DNA of 38,443 bases from a virus (taxonomy: Duplodnaviria; Caudoviricetes), in IMG/VR virus record IMGVR_UViG_3300022930_000017, positions 1-38,443 of that record, one strand, 5' to 3'. Position numbers and translations under genes: made by a program. Shown here one piece after another: positions 33,791-38,443 of the stretch; positions within the stretch are counted from its first letter, which is position 1; every line of letters begins with the position of its first letter. The notes beneath the pieces are model-generated. The model searched no databases. It had not been told where the DNA came from and was given only the letters and a program-made list of their open reading frames with translations.

Positions 33791-36583
33791 ATGGCTTCAA
33801 TCAAGCATAAAAAGGTTAATACAGTGCCAGCTTGGAATCAGGCTGATTTAGATGCTGCTATTGCCGGAGCTGCTGCACCTCCTCCGCCGGGTACTTTAAT
33901 ATCTGGATTTACCACTACTCAAGACTGGAATGATGACCATGATATTGATTTATCTGGATTGATTTCTGCTGGTATGAACACAACTGTTACAGGTTCTGGC
34001 ACCGCCGGAAGTCCTTTTGTTGTATCTACTATAGACGGCACAATAAACTCTGGTACAGCGGCGAATGCTTTTGGTGATTCATTTACTGTTGGAGTGGGCG
34101 CTAGTACTCCTAGCCTTGCATATATACCTTTATTGGCCGCTGATAAAGACTGGACAATCTCTAATTATGCTGTAAGTGGTTCTATGGCTGCAGACCAAGC
34201 TAGTGCTATATATGCGCAAACTATAGGAGATAATACAATATCCACCTATGGAATAGGTTTAAACGATGAGCGTATTTATTTTACTGACACTGGTAAGTTA
34301 AAGGTCTTTCAGTCTATTCATCAGGCAGAGCTTGCATATATGGCAATACCTAACGCAAATAAGGTGTTAGGTCTTTCTTCTGCTGTTACTTATACAGGAA
34401 CATGGAATAATACGCTTGTTTATGGCTTGGGCAAATCTTCTTCTCAGTCTGGTGCTACAGCCGCATTTACATTATATGGAAGTAACCTGCTTATAGCAAT
34501 GATTCAGCAGGATAGTAATATTGGTACTTATACAATAACTGTTGATGGTGTGTTGGTAGATTCTTACACCACGCTAGGCGAAGGACAGATACTTACTTTT
34601 CTTGGAACACCATACGCACCTAAGTTAATAGTAGTGCCTAACTTAACAGAGGGCGCTCATAATGTTGTAATTACTGTAACATCATCCGCACCCGGTGTAG
34701 TTTATTTTGATTGGGCGGCTGGAACTAATGATTCCCTTAAAGCTGGTGGCCCATCTGTATATGTATCTAACATAGTTCGTAGAACAGCAGCATCTTATAC
34801 AATTTACGGTGGTAGTCCTGCTAACGTCATTACTTACAATGTGGCAATTAAAAATAACATAGCTTATCTTGCTTCGTTAGGACTAAACATAACTCTTGTT
34901 GATATAGCTTCAATGCTAAACATCACAACTGATTTAAGTGTTGATGAAACACATCCAAGTGATGCTGGGCATTCTAAAATCAGGGATGGATTTGTAACAG
35001 CTACTAATAGGTTAATATATCCACGAGAAAGACAGGTGGCACTAACACCTGTTATTAATCTTCAGTCAAATCTTCAAGAGCTAGGAGTATTTACTCAAGG
35101 CGCTACTGATGGCTGGCAGAGAAGGGTTTTGATAGATGACGAAGGGATAGAAGTTATTAATGGTAATGTTGAGGCAGATGCATTAATAACGAATGGAGGC
35201 ACATCAAGCCAGTTCGTCAAAGGCAATGGCACATTAGATTCTTCGGTGTATATAACCTCTTCTGCATTAACTGGGTATGTCCCTTATACTGGAGCTACTA
35301 CAAACGTTGATTTGGGCGCTTTCGGGGCAACCTCTAGCTATTATAGAACGCCATCTACGTTAGTTGAGGTTGGTAATACTAACACTATCGGCACAGGAAC
35401 AAACCGCATTACTGTGGGTATTGGTAACTCACTGACGGCAAACAGCTCTTTTGCTATTGGGCAAACAAATAATATCACTGGTGCGTCTTTCGGTATCGGC
35501 TCTACAAATACAGTTAATGGTACAAATTCATTTGCTTTGGGTTCGGGAAATTTTTCCTATGGCATTGCTTGCGCTGCCATTGGCGCTAATGCTCAGGCAG
35601 GACAAGCAAGCTCCTTAAGTACTGCACTTATTGGTGCGGTGGGTGTTAACGCTAAAGCCTATACAGCTAGTGCTTTTTCTGTTGGTGTTTTAGCCACTGC
35701 TAACGCCCCCGCATCTTTAAATGTGTCTGCAACAGCAACAGGTTCGGTTTGCTTTCGTCCTAGTTTAGCTAGAATCCAAAACACGCTAAACCTGATTAAC
35801 GGCAATACTAGCGCAGGTGATAACCTCAATCCACTAGAAAGATTGCATTCAACTGGCAATGTTCTTGCATCAAATATCGCAGTATTAGGCGCTGAGAAGG
35901 TTTCTAATCCTACATTCACAGGAACTACATCTTGGACTTATGGCGCAGACTGGGCAAATACGGGCGGTACAGTTGCGCAAAAAACAGGTACAGGAACTAC
36001 CACGTTAACGCAAACTATTGCAAATATGGTTAGCGCTCCTGTTATAGGTGAGTATTATCAAGTCTCCTTTACCGTGGCAGCTTTTAACGCAGGTACGGTA
36101 GGTACAGTTGCTGAACTCAGCTTTAGCTATGCTGGTGTAAATATACTTAATTTCACAGGCGCTCCAAATGCTCTTACACAAGGTGCTAGCGGTGCGATAA
36201 GTTTTGTTATAAAAGCCGTAAATACAACAGGTGATTTAACATTTACACCTACTGCAAATTGCCGCGTTACTATAGATAATATTTCTATTAAGCCTATATT
36301 GGGCGGTGATTTACAAGCTATAGGCGGTTTAAAGTTAGCAACAGGCAAAACATCTTCTACTTCAGGAACTGGAACTTTAGTAGCTGGAACAGCAACAATA
36401 GCTACAACTGCGGTGGCTACTAATTCAATGGTATTTGCAACTTCTACAAACAACTCATTAACTAACGTAGGAGCCTTAACAGCGCCTTTATCTGGTATAA
36501 CGGCAGGAACATCATTTACGGTAACAAGTACTAACGTATTGGACACTAGTACATTTAATTGGTTTATCATTAACCCGCTCTAG
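33791..36583 (+). CDS. Tail protein with SGNH/GDSL esterase, YadA-like repeats and beta-sandwich domain
   Basis: AFGDSF, AVSG, GLND, DETHPSDAGH; S(F/A)AIG..N repeats; C-terminal GTGTLVAGTATI. Confidence 0.85.
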   Translation: MASIKHKKVNTVPAWNQADLDAAIAGAAAPPPPGTLISGFTTTQDWNDDHDIDLSGLISAGMNTTVTGSGTAGSPFVVSTIDGTINSGTAANAFGDSFTVGVGASTPSLAYIPLLAADKDWTISNYAVSGSMAADQASAIYAQTIGDNTISTYGIGLNDERIYFTDTGKLKVFQSIHQAELAYMAIPNANKVLGLSSAVTYTGTWNNTLVYGLGKSSSQSGATAAFTLYGSNLLIAMIQQDSNIGTYTITVDGVLVDSYTTLGEGQILTFLGTPYAPKLIVVPNLTEGAHNVVITVTSSAPGVVYFDWAAGTNDSLKAGGPSVYVSNIVRRTAASYTIYGGSPANVITYNVAIKNNIAYLASLGLNITLVDIASMLNITTDLSVDETHPSDAGHSKIRDGFVTATNRLIYPRERQVALTPVINLQSNLQELGVFTQGATDGWQRRVLIDDEGIEVINGNVEADALITNGGTSSQFVKGNGTLDSSVYITSSALTGYVPYTGATTNVDLGAFGATSSYYRTPSTLVEVGNTNTIGTGTNRITVGIGNSLTANSSFAIGQTNNITGASFGIGSTNTVNGTNSFALGSGNFSYGIACAAIGANAQAGQASSLSTALIGAVGVNAKAYTASAFSVGVLATANAPASLNVSATATGSVCFRPSLARIQNTLNLINGNTSAGDNLNPLERLHSTGNVLASNIAVLGAEKVSNPTFTGTTSWTYGADWANTGGTVAQKTGTGTTTLTQTIANMVSAPVIGEYYQVSFTVAAFNAGTVGTVAELSFSYAGVNILNFTGAPNALTQGASGAISFVIKAVNTTGDLTFTPTANCRVTIDNISIKPILGGDLQAIGGLKLATGKTSSTSGTGTLVAGTATIATTAVATNSMVFATSTNNSLTNVGALTAPLSGITAGTSFTVTSTNVLDTSTFNWFIINPL

Positions 36584-36590
36584 GAAAAGC

Positions 36591-37082
36591 ATGGCATACG
36601 GAACAATAACACAACCTGTCTTTTGGGTAGATACACCGGCAGAACTAAGCCCTAGCTGGCCTGACATGTCTTTGGCATGGAGTAGAAGCGATAAAAGGCT
36701 ATATGAATTAAGCTCTGGAGTATGGGAAATGGTCAATGATATGGCTCTAGTAGCTGACTGGATTCCTAGAATATGGGTAGGTAAAGCAAGAAAGTCTTTA
36801 GTTAAAGAAATTAATATTTCTGGTACCGTTGGTAGTTCTGGTAATGTAACTTTTGATTTAACTGATATAACCAATACTGCGTTATTTTCTACGGTATATA
36901 AAGAAAGTGCGAATTTCTGGATAGATAGCGCAGTATCTTACAACTTCTCTAACTATACTCTAGCGTCTGATAAAAAGAGCTTAACAGTAAAAGTATCGAA
37001 CCCGATATTATCTGCACTTGTAATAGTATATGCAAATGCGCCTAGCGGAACGGTTGTAAATCTAACAATTAAAGGAGAATAA
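36591..37082 (+). CDS. Tail-associated hypothetical protein
   Basis: 163 aa, beta-rich; AGGA RBS. Confidence 0.65.
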   Translation: MAYGTITQPVFWVDTPAELSPSWPDMSLAWSRSDKRLYELSSGVWEMVNDMALVADWIPRIWVGKARKSLVKEINISGTVGSSGNVTFDLTDITNTALFSTVYKESANFWIDSAVSYNFSNYTLASDKKSLTVKVSNPILSALVIVYANAPSGTVVNLTIKGE

Positions 37083-37083
37083 A

Positions 37084-37209
37084 ATGAAACTTACTGAAAG
37101 AAAGCGCGGTATTTACATTAATAAAGATGTTTTTAGCCCTAAAGCATGGTGTGTTTTGTTATTCACAGGCTTTATGGGATTAATAGTTAGCATCAAAAAG
37201 GTGGTATAA
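37084..37209 (+). CDS. Small membrane protein (41 aa)
   Basis: MKLTERKRG...AWCVLLFTGFMGLIVSIKKVV; AAGGAG RBS. Confidence 0.55.
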   Translation: MKLTERKRGIYINKDVFSPKAWCVLLFTGFMGLIVSIKKVV

Positions 37210-37476
37210 ATGGCACTTACAAACATTGAAAAGAAAATCCTACGCCGTGTTGTTAAAACAAAAACCGATGATGAGCAAGACGCTATCGGCCTTGATGACA
37301 ACTTGGCTAAACAGCTCATTAAAGATTACTCTCTTGCAATGAATGCTAGTTTTGATACAGAGATGGCTATGATTGTAAATAGAGAAAATTTCTACACGCA
37401 AGGATTGCAGGAGATTTCTTTAGAAAAAGCTGATAGAATAAAATTAAACAACTGGACTAAAACAATAGGGGTATAA
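37210..37476 (+). CDS. Hypothetical protein
   Basis: 88 aa; AGGTGG RBS. Confidence 0.65.
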   Translation: MALTNIEKKILRRVVKTKTDDEQDAIGLDDNLAKQLIKDYSLAMNASFDTEMAMIVNRENFYTQGLQEISLEKADRIKLNNWTKTIGV

Positions 37477-37477
37477 T

Positions 37478-37606
37478 ATGTTAGATATGATTTTTATAGT
37501 GGCGTTTCTGGTATTGGAAATATTGGCAGCAATTTCAATTCCATCAGGCAGAGTTAACTTAATAGCGGCAGGCTTAGCTTGCTATGCGGCTTCCTTGCTG
37601 GTGTAG
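37478..37606 (+). CDS. Small 2-TM membrane protein (42 aa)
   Basis: MLDMIFIVAFLVLEILAAISIPSGRVNLIAAGLACYAASLLV. Confidence 0.6.
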   Translation: MLDMIFIVAFLVLEILAAISIPSGRVNLIAAGLACYAASLLV

Positions 37607-37612
37607 GTAAAT

Positions 37613-37864
37613 GTGGCATCTCCTAAAGACAGTATAAATTACTTATTGGGTCAAATTGACTCAAACGTAACCGTATTAGTTAAAAACCAAACCGTCATCA
37701 TGGAAAACCAAGAAGATTACGAGGAAGATACTAAGAAGCGTTTTGAGGTGCTAGAAAGAGAGATTAAAGAGCTGCAACATTCCAGAATGTATATTAAAGG
37801 CGTTTGGGCTGTTATATCTGCTTTATTTGGCGTAATAGGCGGGTTACTGCCTAAATTATTCTAA
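37613..37864 (+). CDS. Coiled-coil + C-terminal TM protein (XhlA-like/holin candidate)
   Basis: LLGQIDSNV...KRFEVLERE...GVWAVISALFGVIGGLL. Confidence 0.6.
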   Translation: MASPKDSINYLLGQIDSNVTVLVKNQTVIMENQEDYEEDTKKRFEVLEREIKELQHSRMYIKGVWAVISALFGVIGGLLPKLF

Positions 37865-37871
37865 GGATAGT

Positions 37872-38240
37872 ATGTTGATTATAGATTGGATAAATAATGC
37901 AGCAGAAGCAATAACAGGGGTAACAGTAGCAGGAACTGCATTAAGTACTTCAATTATAGCTTGGATTGTTTTCTGGACGCGCATGGCTAAGCTAATCCCC
38001 ACAGAATGGAACAACCCGTTTCTTGCAATAATATTTAGAACTTTGAATCTTTTATGCCGTATATTAGGATTTGACTGGCCTGATATTGCAAAAATAGACT
38101 GGAAGAATATGCGTGTTATTACTAAGCAGGAATTAACAGCTAATCAGGTAGTTGCAGCAGCAGTGGTGCCAGAAGCTATTGTTGAGAACCCACAACCTCC
38201 TGCAACATTAGATGAGGACAAAAATGATTCAACAATATAG
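37872..38240 (+). CDS. Holin candidate
   Basis: N-terminal TM helix, amphipathic second helix, charged tail; directly upstream of the spanins. Confidence 0.55.
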   Translation: MLIIDWINNAAEAITGVTVAGTALSTSIIAWIVFWTRMAKLIPTEWNNPFLAIIFRTLNLLCRILGFDWPDIAKIDWKNMRVITKQELTANQVVAAAVVPEAIVENPQPPATLDEDKNDSTI

Positions 38241-38443
38241 GATATATATTATAGTTGTAGGTGTGATTCTATTAATAGGCAGCGTATACGCTTATGGCGT
38301 GCACAATGCTAATAAGAATTGCGAGTTAAAAAGACTGGAAGAAGAACAACAGCGTCAAGAACAACAGAACGAGTTCCAGAGTAAATTGCAAGCAAAGAGC
38401 GAGATTATTGAGAGTTTAAATACCCAGCTACGCAAGAAAACAG
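38224..38443 (+). CDS. i-spanin (Rz-like), 5' part; ends at 256 after the join (112 aa)
   Basis: MIQQYRIYIIVVGVILLIGSVYAYG TM anchor then coiled coil; GAGGA RBS. Confidence 0.75.
   Translation, partial: MIQQYRIYIIVVGVILLIGSVYAYGVHNANKNCELKRLEEEQQRQEQQNEFQSKLQAKSEIIESLNTQLRKKT
38307..38443. repeat. Terminal direct repeat, right copy
   Basis: Matches 1-137 with two mismatches. Confidence 0.95.

Noticed and set aside
30263-37082. Diversity-generating retroelement or invertible tail cassette
   Set aside because: No reverse transcriptase, invertase or template/variable repeat pair seen.
1-38443. Stop-codon reassignment, introns or inteins
   Set aside because: Core genes are full length in the standard code and all three stop codons are used.

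Overview
This window looks like a complete, circularly permuted, AT-rich tailed phage genome with P22-like (podovirus) virion genes. Bases 38307-38443 repeat bases 1-137 with 2 mismatches, giving a unit length of 38,306 bp. Spanins point to a Gram-negative host. Layout: (1) leftward arm of small early genes (1146-5285) with an HNH-AP2 endonuclease and a tRNA-like element; (2) leftward DNA-metabolism operon (VRR-NUC, degenerate HNH, DEAD/DEAH helicase, DUF669-like SSB, AAA ATPase); (3) overlapping opposed promoters, XRE regulator, Toprim/AAA primase-helicase and a repeat-rich probable origin; (4) rightward small early genes; (5) TerS, TerL, portal, scaffold, coat, head-tail and ejection proteins; (6) tail fibres, including an SGNH esterase protein; (7) a lysis cassette crossing the junction. 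I see no integrase, DNA polymerase or CRISPR array. The best candidate for an undescribed system is a ~108-nt multi-hairpin small RNA (1127->1020, minus strand) with its own promoter and terminator. It is antisense to the recurring ribosome-binding motifs of both early operons. Also notable: a CCA-ending non-canonical cloverleaf RNA, a leaderless antisense membrane peptide after the ejection genes, and alternative hairpins over the capsid RBS. All protein calls come from motif recognition and gene order by eye; no searches or folding programs were run.
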